A stretch of 64,000 nt of DNA. It comes from Gammaproteobacteria bacterium UBA3067. Lineage in GTDB: Bacteria > Pseudomonadota > Gammaproteobacteria > Pseudomonadales > UBA3067. Shown here piece after piece: positions 49,190 through 57,938 of this stretch (position 1 is its first letter; the number at the start of each line of letters is the position of its first letter). Both the position numbers and the translations under genes were made by a program. The notes under the pieces are model-generated. The model saw only the letters and a list, made by a program, of their open reading frames with translations. It made no database searches and was not told the origin of the DNA. Location of the stretch: NCBI GenBank assembly GCA_002366835.1, contig DFBZ01000038.1:12689-76688 (forward strand). Reading direction: 5' to 3'.

Positions 49190-49999
49190 ATGGCTAAAAT
49201 CATCGTAGTAACATCAGGGAAGGGCGGGGTAGGTAAAACAACTACCAGCGCGGCAATTGCCACAGGGCTTGCGCAGCGAGGTTTAAAAACCGTTGTCATT
49301 GATTTTGATGTTGGGTTGCGAAACCTGGATCTGATTCTTGGTTGTGAGCGGCGAGTGGTATATGACTTTGTGAATGTTATCGCTGGTGAGGCGTCTCTTA
49401 ACCAGGCTTTGATAAAAGATAAGCGCGTCGAGGACTTGTATATACTTCCTGCGTCTCAGACCCGTGATAAAGACGCTCTCACCATGGAGGGCGTGGGCAA
49501 GGTACTTGAAGAACTAGGGAAGACGTTTGACTATATCGTTTGTGATTCTCCTGCTGGTATAGAGAAGGGTGCCCAAATGGCACTCTATTTTGCGGATACC
49601 GCCATTGTTGTAACAAACCCCGAGGTTTCCTCTGTTCGTGACTCTGATCGAATTTTGGGAATTTTGCAAAGCAAATCAAAGCGCGCCGAAGAGGGGAAAG
49701 CGCCAGTTGAAGAGCATTTGCTTTTGACTCGCTATAACCCTGACCGAGTTGAAAAAGGAGAAATGTTAAGCGTTGAAGACGTTACGGATATTCTTGCTAT
49801 CCCGCTTGTTGGTGTAATTCCTGAGTCCAAGTCAGTTCTTTCGTCCTCTAATCAGGGTGTGCCAGTAATTCTGGATCAAGAGAGCAGAGCTGGAAAGGCC
49901 TATGCGGATGTGGTTTGTCGCTTTCTAGGTGAAGAGGTCGATCATCGCTTTATAGAACCTGAAAAAAAGGGATTATTTAAACGGGTATTTGGGAGGTAG
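49190..49999 (+). CDS. minD: Septum site-determining ATPase MinD
   Basis: 269 aa with the deviant Walker A (SGKGGVGKTT) and a C-terminal amphipathic helix (KKGLFKRVFG). Confidence 0.95.
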   Translation: MAKIIVVTSGKGGVGKTTTSAAIATGLAQRGLKTVVIDFDVGLRNLDLILGCERRVVYDFVNVIAGEASLNQALIKDKRVEDLYILPASQTRDKDALTMEGVGKVLEELGKTFDYIVCDSPAGIEKGAQMALYFADTAIVVTNPEVSSVRDSDRILGILQSKSKRAEEGKAPVEEHLLLTRYNPDRVEKGEMLSVEDVTDILAIPLVGVIPESKSVLSSSNQGVPVILDQESRAGKAYADVVCRFLGEEVDHRFIEPEKKGLFKRVFGR

Positions 50000-50004
50000 A
50001 AGCA

Positions 50005-50274
50005 ATGGGAATTCTTAATTTTTTTAGAAAACAGGAAAAAGCCAGCGCTGCGACAGCCAAAGAACGATTGCAAATAGTTGTCGCTCATGAGCGCTCAAAG
50101 CGGGATGAAGATGATTTCTTACCTAAAATGCGGAAGGAGATCCTGGAAGTTATTGCGAAGTATGTACAAGTAGATATGGACGATGTGTCTGTATCGCTGG
50201 ATCAGTCGGATTCAAGCTGTTCCATTTTGGAGCTTAATGTCACTCTTCCTTCAGTTGAGGAGCAAGAGGCTTAA
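50005..50274 (+). CDS. minE: Cell division topological specificity factor MinE
   Basis: 89 aa with the N-terminal LNFFRKQEKASAATAKERLQIVVAHER motif. Confidence 0.95.
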   Translation: MGILNFFRKQEKASAATAKERLQIVVAHERSKRDEDDFLPKMRKEILEVIAKYVQVDMDDVSVSLDQSDSSCSILELNVTLPSVEEQEA

Positions 50275-50502
50275 TTAAAGAATACTCATAGCCGCATTAA
50301 ATAGACCTGCCATTTCATTGGTTTTGTAAATTATCGAAGTGGCAGGTACTTAATCTTTTTGATTTAAAGTTGTTTTAACGGCTTCGTGCTTAGTTGCAAG
50401 CCTTTGCAGATAGGCATGATTTTAAGAAGTTATCTTTGGCGGGGTGCTGAGCGTATAAGCCAGGGAGGCTTACAAACTTCGAACGAAAAAGACTAAAAAA
50501 TA

Positions 50503-50579
50503 TGGTAGCTACGGGTAGATTCGAACTACCGACCCCAACATTATGAGTGTTGTGCTCTAACCAACTGAGCTACGTAGCC
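50503..50579 (-). tRNA. tRNA-Met (anticodon CAT), elongator-type
   Basis: The reverse complement reads GGCTACGTAGCTCAGTTGGTTAGAGCACAACACTCATAATGTTGGGGTCGGTAGTTCGAATCTACCCGTAGCTACCA. It folds as a cloverleaf with anticodon loop CTCATAA and an encoded CCA. It is near-identical in the 5' half to E. coli elongator tRNA-Met. An Ile2 (lysidine) identity cannot be fully excluded. Confidence 0.9.
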
Positions 50580-50703
50580 AAAAGAGTGGAGCGGATTATC
50601 CACGTCCTCTCCCCAGCTGTCAACATCTCAGTTTAGATTCAATGAAAAATCATGTGTTTGCCGGCTGTTCTCGCGCAGAAAATGTTTAAATCGACTGCAC
50701 TAC

Positions 50704-51720
50704 TTATTTTGTGGCTTCCACGGGGAGTGACCAGATACTGCGTCTTGTCGGTTTGGATCCACTGGTTTCTGGTTCGTTCTTTTTGCTATCGTCAATAGTC
50801 TTAGCGGTGTTTTGAGTGTTAATGGTTTTTTCTTCGCTGGGCAGCGGCATCGTTTCCGAGGGCGTAACGCTTTTTAAAGGAGGCCCATCGGCTTGAGAGG
50901 CGCCTGAATCAACGCTGGCAGTATCTGGTTCGATGGGTTGCTTGGCTTTATCACCCAGCGTCATATTTTTAATTTTCGACAGCTGATATCCCATACGTTT
51001 AAAAATTACTGCGCTGCGATAAAAATAATCTTCCAATGCTTTGTGAGTTGATGCCTTATAGGCATCTAAGACCTGAGCGCTTGTAGGCGCCCCGTTGGGG
51101 AGGGGGCGGCCCGAAAAAGCCTCACCGAAGTGTTTTGTGTTGAGAATCATCTGCCCTTGGCTGTCAACAACGGCAAGGTTTAGAAATACGCTTGGTGTGC
51201 TTCGCTCTTTCTTAAGTTTGCTCAATAGGCCCTTTTTGCGCGGGCCAGTATTAATGCCCATCATTACAATGGCGTCCACATCTAGTTGTCGACACAATTC
51301 TTTAATGTAGTCTTGGGTGGCAGGGGTGGGGCTGATGCCTGACGAAAGTGCGTATACGGTTGACGCAGGTAGTAAGGACACACCATGAAGGCCTTTATCC
51401 CTTTCGTTATCAATACCCTTGATCTGTCTACGCCGAATATCCGTATCTGCTTGCCAATGGAGCTGCGTTTCTATTTGCTTTTGTAGTTGTGTGTAAGCGA
51501 ATTCAAGGAGGGCTTGGCTGTTAAAATGAGGAGGGCGATGGCTTGAGTGTACTTGGTCCGTAGTATCGTTCTTTGGTGGGACATTTCCCGATGGATTTAG
51601 CAACATGCTGACGATTGCTACTTTTTCAATCTCATCAAGGCCAGATGTTTTTTGAAAAAAGGCGGAGCAGCCTCCCAAGATAAGAATGCTCAGTAATACA
51701 GCGAATTGCCACGATTTCAT
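50704..51720 (-). CDS. Hypothetical lipoprotein (about 338 aa)
   Basis: It has a signal and lipobox (SILILGG/CSAF), and GGAGAAGGGA lies just upstream of the ATG at 51720. The C-terminus is low-complexity and rich in S, T, P and K. I recognise no family. Confidence 0.6.
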   Translation of the reverse strand: MKSWQFAVLLSILILGGCSAFFQKTSGLDEIEKVAIVSMLLNPSGNVPPKNDTTDQVHSSHRPPHFNSQALLEFAYTQLQKQIETQLHWQADTDIRRRQIKGIDNERDKGLHGVSLLPASTVYALSSGISPTPATQDYIKELCRQLDVDAIVMMGINTGPRKKGLLSKLKKERSTPSVFLNLAVVDSQGQMILNTKHFGEAFSGRPLPNGAPTSAQVLDAYKASTHKALEDYFYRSAVIFKRMGYQLSKIKNMTLGDKAKQPIEPDTASVDSGASQADGPPLKSVTPSETMPLPSEEKTINTQNTAKTIDDSKKNEPETSGSKPTRRSIWSLPVEATK

Positions 51721-51873
51721 CAGTCCCTTCTCCAAATATTTTCCTATTTGCTTGTTGGTTATTATAGTCAGGACGGTCAGTACCGTTTGCAGGATTAGTG
51801 GCTCGAATACTTATTTTCTCCTCTAGTGAATATTTAATATCTACTAAAGCTATAAGCGGCAAGGTATTTATAG

Positions 51874-52225
51874 GTGAAAAACCTTAAAGCTTTTCACTAT
51901 CTTGACGCATCCGATTCAGAGCTGATAGCGCCCCCGGTAAGGATTGTTCCAGCGTAATTATTGAAAACCTGCAAGGCCGTGCGACTCGTCAGAAGCTTGT
52001 GGAGAGGATGATGGAGAGACCGAAACACCTCCCCTGAAGAAGAAAGAGGCAGCTAGCCTCTCGTTACACGATCTGCTTGAGAGTGCGACCATTGACACAA
52101 TTAATGCTGAGCAAATGCTGGACTCAGCGGATGCTTTGTTGTCTGCAAGACAAAATTTGATTGATCAGTACTATCGTGATGGGGATCTGGGCTCGCTGCT
52201 GGAGTCATTGGAGAAAGCAGGATAA
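51874..52225 (+). pseudogene. Possible frameshifted small gene (three consecutive open frames joined at C-runs)
   Basis: The first frame runs from a GTG at 51874 to a stop at 51955. A second frame is open from 51906 to 52034, and a third from 51965 to a stop at 52223. The two overlaps contain a C5 run (51931-51935) and a C4 run (52030-52033). No single ORF of 60 aa or more exists in this 500-bp gap. Confidence 0.25.
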
Positions 52226-52360
52226 ATACATGGAAGCGCTTATGTCGGCTTTATCGCTATCTCGTGTTTCCAGTGAGGGGCAGATTAAAGGAGAGTTTAT
52301 CGATATAACGGCCTGATATTTATAAAATTATGTAGCGGTCTTGCAATAAGGTTGAAGTGT

Positions 52361-53026
52361 TTACTGCTCAAGAAAATCAAGAAACTCGGCAATCCACTCT
52401 ATGGCATCAACAATATTTTCATCGTGGGACCGAATGCTGCTCTCAGAGGGAATAAAATTGTGCCCTGCATTTTCTAGCCAGTGCAAAGTGGTAGTGTGAG
52501 AAAAAATCGAATCATCAACCTTAGTAGAGGGCCCCAAAGGGTCATCACTGCCTTGAATAATCATCGTGGGGGTGTTCATGGTTTTTAAATGGCTCTGATC
52601 AAGAATGAGATCGGGGTCTGGTGATACAAAGGGAAAGTCCATTCCAATGACGCCACGTACACCCAGTTGGTCGGCCACACGTGTAGCGGCAAATGCGGCA
52701 ATAGATTTCCCACCAATCACCAACTTTTCTGGTGAACCAATCTCCGACACCACCTTTTTCCAGTGTGATTCCAAAGACTCTGTGTTTTCGATATAGACTG
52801 GGGCGTCATGCAGCCTGCCTTCCACCATAAACGGGAACTCAAAGCGGATCACCTTAAACCCATGAGCGGCCAGGTCATCTGTGACTTTCTCCATAAGAGG
52901 GCTGTTGACACGTGAATGTAGGCCATGGGAAAGCACAAGGCTTAGGCCTTCATTGTTAATACCGTTGATCAAATATGTTGTACTATGTATCAAAGTTAAG
53001 CCCTGTTTTTTATGGCTGTATAACAC
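52361..53026 (-). CDS. Alpha/beta hydrolase (KANL3/Tex30-like predicted hydrolase)
   Basis: 221 aa with the LSHGLHS, VIGGKSIAA (a GxSxA variant of the nucleophile elbow), QGSDDPLG and AGHNF motifs. The start is a GTG and is uncertain. Confidence 0.65.
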   Translation of the reverse strand: MLYSHKKQGLTLIHSTTYLINGINNEGLSLVLSHGLHSRVNSPLMEKVTDDLAAHGFKVIRFEFPFMVEGRLHDAPVYIENTESLESHWKKVVSEIGSPEKLVIGGKSIAAFAATRVADQLGVRGVIGMDFPFVSPDPDLILDQSHLKTMNTPTMIIQGSDDPLGPSTKVDDSIFSHTTTLHWLENAGHNFIPSESSIRSHDENIVDAIEWIAEFLDFLEQ

Positions 53027-53108
53027 TTAATGGTAGCGTTAAATTAATGCGTTGATGTGCTCAATTTGCTTATCAAATCTTATTATGGGCCTATAGCGAG
53101 GATTTCTG

Positions 53109-54014
53109 TTGGAAAAAAATCAAATTAAAGCCACTCTCTCCATTTTTTTTATCAAGCTAAGCGCAAAACTATCTCTTCCTGTTGCGCAACGTCTTGGGGG
53201 CGCGCTGGGCTGGTTGGTGGCGCAGCTGCCTGTCGAGATTACTAATGTGACACAGAAAAACATTGAACTGTGTTTCCCTGAGCTGCCTGCACCGGCTCAG
53301 CGTAAGCTTGTGGTGGAGTCGCTTATGCATACGGGTTATTTAATGATGGAAATTGGTTCTGCATGGTATAAATCTTTGGAAGAGAATTTGGGTCTCGTTG
53401 CCAAGGTTACTGGGCAGTCAATCATGGATAAGGCGGCTGCTAAAGGTTGTGGAGTCATCGTAATTGCTCCGCATCTTGGTAACTGGGAGTGGTTAAATTG
53501 GTATACTTCGCAACGTCACCCTGGCGTAATGGTATACAGCCCCCCCAAGCACGAACAATTTGACGCTGTTTTACGGCAAAGCCGCGAGATCGGAGGAGGG
53601 CAGCTCGCACCGGCCAATGCCGCTGGTGTTAAGATGGTGTACAAACATTTAAAGCAAGGGGGAGTGGTTTACATATTACCTGACCAAGTTCCCGGAAAAG
53701 AAGGGGGAGTCGTGGCCTCTTTTTTTGGCATCCCCGCATTTTCTATGACTTTGGTTTCTCGCTTGGCAAGAAAAACTGGAGCGAGTGTTGTCGCTGTTTA
53801 CGGAAAGCGCCTGCCTGCACACAGAGGGTTTGAGGTGGTTTATATCGACGCCGACGAAAGAATCTATAGTAAAGATATTCAGCTTTCTGTAGCAGGGCTG
53901 AATGCCACGGTAGAGGCCTGCGTCCGTGATGCGCCGGAACAATACCAATGGAGCTATAAGCGGTTTAAGCGTTGCCCGCAGCTTGGTTTAAATATATATA
54001 ACGGGCACCTCTAA
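53109..54014 (+). CDS. Lipid A biosynthesis lauroyl/myristoyl acyltransferase family protein (LpxL/HtrB-like)
   Basis: 301 aa with the APHLGNWEW (Hx4E/D) catalytic motif, the ILPDQVP motif and PEQYQWSYKRFK near the C-terminus. The start is a TTG. The last 3 codons and the stop lie inside MITE copy 3. Confidence 0.8.
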   Translation: MEKNQIKATLSIFFIKLSAKLSLPVAQRLGGALGWLVAQLPVEITNVTQKNIELCFPELPAPAQRKLVVESLMHTGYLMMEIGSAWYKSLEENLGLVAKVTGQSIMDKAAAKGCGVIVIAPHLGNWEWLNWYTSQRHPGVMVYSPPKHEQFDAVLRQSREIGGGQLAPANAAGVKMVYKHLKQGGVVYILPDQVPGKEGGVVASFFGIPAFSMTLVSRLARKTGASVVAVYGKRLPAHRGFEVVYIDADERIYSKDIQLSVAGLNATVEACVRDAPEQYQWSYKRFKRCPQLGLNIYNGHL

Positions 54015-54188
54015 ATTGCCTTTTTACCCGATAGCGGCGTCAGCTCCGCACTCAACTCCTCATGTAGCCCTTGTACACTCGGCTTTGGCTTTCTGCTTCT
54101 CTCTACCTTCTCCATCCATGGAGTCGTGCGGGTTTCCGTGCGGTGCTTCTTTGCTCTCGAATAAAAATTCTGATTTTTAGAGATGCCC
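54003..54188 (-). mobile_element. MITE-like element, copy 3 (186 bp, inverted relative to copies 1 and 2, with a 48-nt internal extra segment)
   Basis: It aligns to the reverse complement of copy 1 over its full length, apart from a 48-nt segment at 54080-54127. It is flanked by a non-palindromic direct repeat, TAAC, at 53999-54002 and at 54189-54192. Confidence 0.85.
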
Positions 54189-54466
54189 TAACGCTAACCA
54201 GCCTGAGCGCTTTTGCTTGGGTTGCCTCTGATTAATTTCGGAGAAACTTATCTTTATTCACACTATCCAGATCACTCTGCATGAATCCTTAATAAATATG
54301 CGCCTATCTAAAAGAAACATAATTTTATTTTTTTGAATATTAGTGTGGAGCACTTACTTTTCAGCGTCTATTCTTTTATTAGCCAGCAGAACAGTGTGTT
54401 TTGGTGTCTGTTTGGCTTGGAGCAGTTTTATAATTTTCTGATTGCTGAATAACTGAGAGATACGCA

Positions 54467-54772
54467 ATGCCCATAAGCGCAGAAACAAGTAACGATGGTA
54501 AAAGTGTCACTATCGCCATTTCCGGACAATTTGATTTTAATGTTGTTCAGGAGTTTAGAAACACTTACATGAATATCGATACAGGGCAATCACATGTTGT
54601 TCTGGATATGCGGGAAGCTGAGTATATGGATAGCTCTGCATTAGGTATGTTGTTAAACATGAAGAAACACCTTGGCGTGGGGGATAACAGTATCCGGATT
54701 GTTAATTGCCGCCCGCAAGTTAAAAAAATTCTGGATATTTCTCGTTTCGATAAAAAATTTCAGATCGATTAA
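54467..54772 (+). CDS. STAS-domain anti-sigma-factor antagonist (HsbA/SpoIIAA-like)
   Basis: 101 aa. It is STAS-like, with the conserved phosphorylatable Ser context (YMDSSALGMLL). Confidence 0.8.
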   Translation: MPISAETSNDGKSVTIAISGQFDFNVVQEFRNTYMNIDTGQSHVVLDMREAEYMDSSALGMLLNMKKHLGVGDNSIRIVNCRPQVKKILDISRFDKKFQID

Positions 54773-54831
54773 ACACTTTGATTCAAACAACAAGAACAAC
54801 TGAATAGTATTTAAGCTAAGAAGGATGTGTG

Positions 54832-56514
54832 ATGCGTGTATTGCTTGTAGATGACATGGCGGTTAATAGAAAGCTGCTGCGCTGGATGCTACAAGAAGAT
54901 GAGCACGAGACCATTGAAGCCAGCAACGGTGAGGAGGCTGTCGCGTTATTTGAAAGCGAGCAGCCAGACCTCGTGTTGCTCGACGTTATCATGCCGGTGA
55001 TGGATGGTTATGAAACGGCACGTGTAATAAAACAGAAGGCGGGTGAGCGTTATGTCCCGATCATTTTTCTTACCGCTATCAGCGATGATGATGCCTTAGC
55101 AAAATGTCTTGCAAGCGGCGGTGATGATTTTTTAACAAAACCCTTTAATGAATTAATATTACAAGCAAAGATTAAGGCACATAGCCGTATTCAAGAGCTC
55201 AGTGATCAGCTTAATGAGAAAAATAAAACGCTGATGTACTACCAGGAACAAACTCAGCGCGAGCATGAAATTGTTGAGCACGTGTTCAACAATGCCCTGA
55301 GTGAAAGCTTTCTCGACTCGGGCAATCTTGATTACTATATGTCTCCAATGTCTGCTTTTAACGGCGACGTGATGCTTTCAGCGGCAAGCCCCAGTGGTGG
55401 GCTTTATGTCATGCTAGGGGATTTTACCGGTCACGGTTTATCTGCGGCAATAGGTGCTTTACCGGTTTCTCGTGTATTTTTTGCCATGACAAAAGTCGGT
55501 GCTTCAATTGGCGATATAGCCGCGGAGATGAACAAGAATTTGCTCAACCTCCTTCCTGACTATATGTTTTGCGCCGCCACTATTACTGAAATTAACGAGA
55601 CGGGCGAAGAGCTGGTAATGTGGTGCGGTGGATTACCCGATGCAGTTATTACAAAGCCCAGCGGTGATGTTGACCGTTTTGTAACGTCCATGCATATGCC
55701 CCTTGGTGCCCTGGATGAGTATGAGTTTGAGAGGGACGTATATACCCTTAAAATGTCCCAGGGTTCACGGCTTTTTCTTCACTCTGACGGAATGATTGAA
55801 TCGACCAATAAACATGGAGAGATGTTTGGCGAAGAGCGCTTTCATGCTTTATTTCAAGAGAAATCTGTCTTGGCATCTTCAAATAAAGTAAAAAGTATTA
55901 TCGAGCATTTTAACGAGTATGTTGGCTCAGGCGACGAGCAGGACGATGATATTTCCCTGGTTGCTTTGGAGTGTAAGCCGGTTAAAGGCGTGCTTATTGA
56001 TGATAAGAAAGATGGCGACATCTTAACGAATTCACCTTCATGGAAAGTGCGCTTTGAGATATCTCCAGAGCAAATGCGAGCGGGGGATCCTCCTTCTGAT
56101 ATCCTGAATATGCTGGGATCTTCTGCAGGCCTGGCCTCACACAAGGATTACCTTCATACCATTATCACCGAACTATATCTCAATGCCCTGGAGCATGGAG
56201 TGCTGAACCTGCCATCCAGCCTTAAAAGTGAAGAGGATGGGTTTTTAGCATTTCAGGCCGAGAAGGAAAGCCGTTTGGAATGCCTTGCTGACGGTAAAAT
56301 AGTGGCTGTTTTATCCTTGGTGAACCTAGAGGATCGCCCCGGAGTAAAAATTTGGATTCAGGATAGCGGCCAGGGCTTTGAGTACCAATCAATTGAAGCG
56401 GCTAATGATGATGACTGTTTTGGTCGAGGTCTCATGTTGATTAGATCGTTATGTGATGACAGGCTTAGCTTTAAAGACGGTGGAAGAGTGGTTGAGGCTA
56501 TTTATTCGCTGTGA
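54832..56514 (+). CDS. Response-regulator receiver + PP2C (SpoIIE) phosphatase + RsbW-like Ser kinase fusion (HsbR-like)
   Basis: 560 aa. The receiver has VLLVDD...LLDVIMPVMDG...TKP. The PP2C region has GDFTGHGLSAA...LHSDGMIE...DDDISLV. The C-terminal HATPase-like region has ELYLNALEHG...DSGQGF...GRGL. AAGGA sits 6 nt upstream of the ATG. Confidence 0.8.
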   Translation: MRVLLVDDMAVNRKLLRWMLQEDEHETIEASNGEEAVALFESEQPDLVLLDVIMPVMDGYETARVIKQKAGERYVPIIFLTAISDDDALAKCLASGGDDFLTKPFNELILQAKIKAHSRIQELSDQLNEKNKTLMYYQEQTQREHEIVEHVFNNALSESFLDSGNLDYYMSPMSAFNGDVMLSAASPSGGLYVMLGDFTGHGLSAAIGALPVSRVFFAMTKVGASIGDIAAEMNKNLLNLLPDYMFCAATITEINETGEELVMWCGGLPDAVITKPSGDVDRFVTSMHMPLGALDEYEFERDVYTLKMSQGSRLFLHSDGMIESTNKHGEMFGEERFHALFQEKSVLASSNKVKSIIEHFNEYVGSGDEQDDDISLVALECKPVKGVLIDDKKDGDILTNSPSWKVRFEISPEQMRAGDPPSDILNMLGSSAGLASHKDYLHTIITELYLNALEHGVLNLPSSLKSEEDGFLAFQAEKESRLECLADGKIVAVLSLVNLEDRPGVKIWIQDSGQGFEYQSIEAANDDDCFGRGLMLIRSLCDDRLSFKDGGRVVEAIYSL

Positions 56515-56690
56515 TTTTTAGCCCACTCTTTTCAATTCACTTTATTATTTTTGCTCTATAGATTCTTTCCCAGCTTCTCCGATAGCAATATGCCCTCCTG
56601 AAAACCTCGTAACGGCGCCTTAAAACATTGTTTGGCGCCTTTCCCATTGGCACTACTTATTAAAAGCGCTAAACTCCGCTAGCCCAAACA

Positions 56691-56706
56691 TCAAACGACC
56701 GTTTGA
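56691..56706. promoter_or_regulatory. PsrA-type inverted repeat TCAAACGACCGTTTGA upstream of the acyl-CoA dehydrogenase pair
   Basis: A perfect 7-bp inverted repeat is separated by 2 nt. It fits the published PsrA consensus (G/C)AAAC-N2-4-GTTT(G/C) and lies 59 nt upstream of the ATG at 56765. Confidence 0.4.
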
Positions 56707-56764
56707 ATTTGTGCTCTAGGGGGTACCCCAGGGTTCCCTTAAACAAAAAGCTGAGGAAAAAACC

Positions 56765-57877
56765 ATGTCCGAGCAAGCAAAATTATTTGATCTCACGCTC
56801 ACCGAAGAGCAGAGAATCACCCGAGAAATGATGAAAAAATTCTCCGAGGTACAACTTAGAGCAATTTCTCGTGATGCAGATGAAGCTGGGGAAGCGCCAG
56901 AAGGTTTCTATAATAAAACCATGGAGTTAGGCCTCAGCTTGATTCCTATTCCAGAAGAGGTGGGTGGTGCAGGCATACCTCGCTCCCCTGTTTCTAATAT
57001 GCTTAACGCAGAAGACCTTGGTAAAGGCGATATGTCTTTGGCACTTGGTGCTGTAACGCCGCTGGCATTTATTAATACGGTTATTGATAACGGTACTAAA
57101 GAACAGCAAGAGGCCTTCCTGTCTCCTTTTATTGCTGAAGAGTTTGTTCCTGCAACCATTGCACTGATGGAGCCTCGTGCTACTTTTGAACCAAGTGAGC
57201 TGCAAACAAGCGCCGTAAAAGAAGGCGATGTTTATGTAATTAATGGCGTTAAATCCATGGTGTTGCTGGGTGACAGTGCCCAACAGATTCTGGTTATTGC
57301 AGAGGAAAATGGTACTGCAGCAGGCTATGTTGTGCCAGCAGGTACGGAAGGCCTGGGCATTGAGAACGAAAAAAATATGGGTTTACACGCTGTAAATACC
57401 AGCAAAGTGACTTTGGACAACGTAAAAGTCCCAGTTATTAACAAGCTGGGTAGCGAAGAGCAGCCTTTTGACTTAGAACGCTTGCTAGATCTTAGTCGTC
57501 TTGGTGTTTGTGCGATGTCTTTGGGTTGTGCAGAAGCGATGCTTGAATACGTGACGGAATATGTTAACGAGCGCGTTGCCTTTGGCGAGCCTATTTCTCA
57601 TCGTCAATCTGTTGCGTTTATGGTGGCCAATATTGCTATTGAATTAGAAGCCATGCGCTTGATGGTTTACCGCGCCGCTTCCCGTGCCGAGCAAGGCCTT
57701 GATTTTCACCGTGAGGCTTACTTAGCCCAAGTGATTTGTGCTGAAAAAGCGATGGAAATTGGTAATAACGGCGTTCAGTTATTAGGTGGCCATGGTTTTA
57801 TCCGCGAGCATATGGTTGAACTTTGGTATCGCAACTTGCGCTCTGTAGGTGTTCTGGAAGGCGCCGCCTGCATCTAG
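56765..57877 (+). CDS. Acyl-CoA dehydrogenase family protein with a degenerate FAD/active-site region (putative non-catalytic partner subunit)
   Basis: 370 aa and ACAD-like throughout. The canonical TEPxxGSD motif is replaced by MEPRATFEPSE. The protein ends 5 residues after LEG (VLEGAACI), without the usual C-terminal helix. Confidence 0.7.
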   Translation: MSEQAKLFDLTLTEEQRITREMMKKFSEVQLRAISRDADEAGEAPEGFYNKTMELGLSLIPIPEEVGGAGIPRSPVSNMLNAEDLGKGDMSLALGAVTPLAFINTVIDNGTKEQQEAFLSPFIAEEFVPATIALMEPRATFEPSELQTSAVKEGDVYVINGVKSMVLLGDSAQQILVIAEENGTAAGYVVPAGTEGLGIENEKNMGLHAVNTSKVTLDNVKVPVINKLGSEEQPFDLERLLDLSRLGVCAMSLGCAEAMLEYVTEYVNERVAFGEPISHRQSVAFMVANIAIELEAMRLMVYRAASRAEQGLDFHREAYLAQVICAEKAMEIGNNGVQLLGGHGFIREHMVELWYRNLRSVGVLEGAACI

Positions 57878-57938
57878 GCGTTTAGCCTGAGCAGGTAAGA
57901 ACAAAGCCATTAATAAACGAATTTGAAGGGTTAATATT

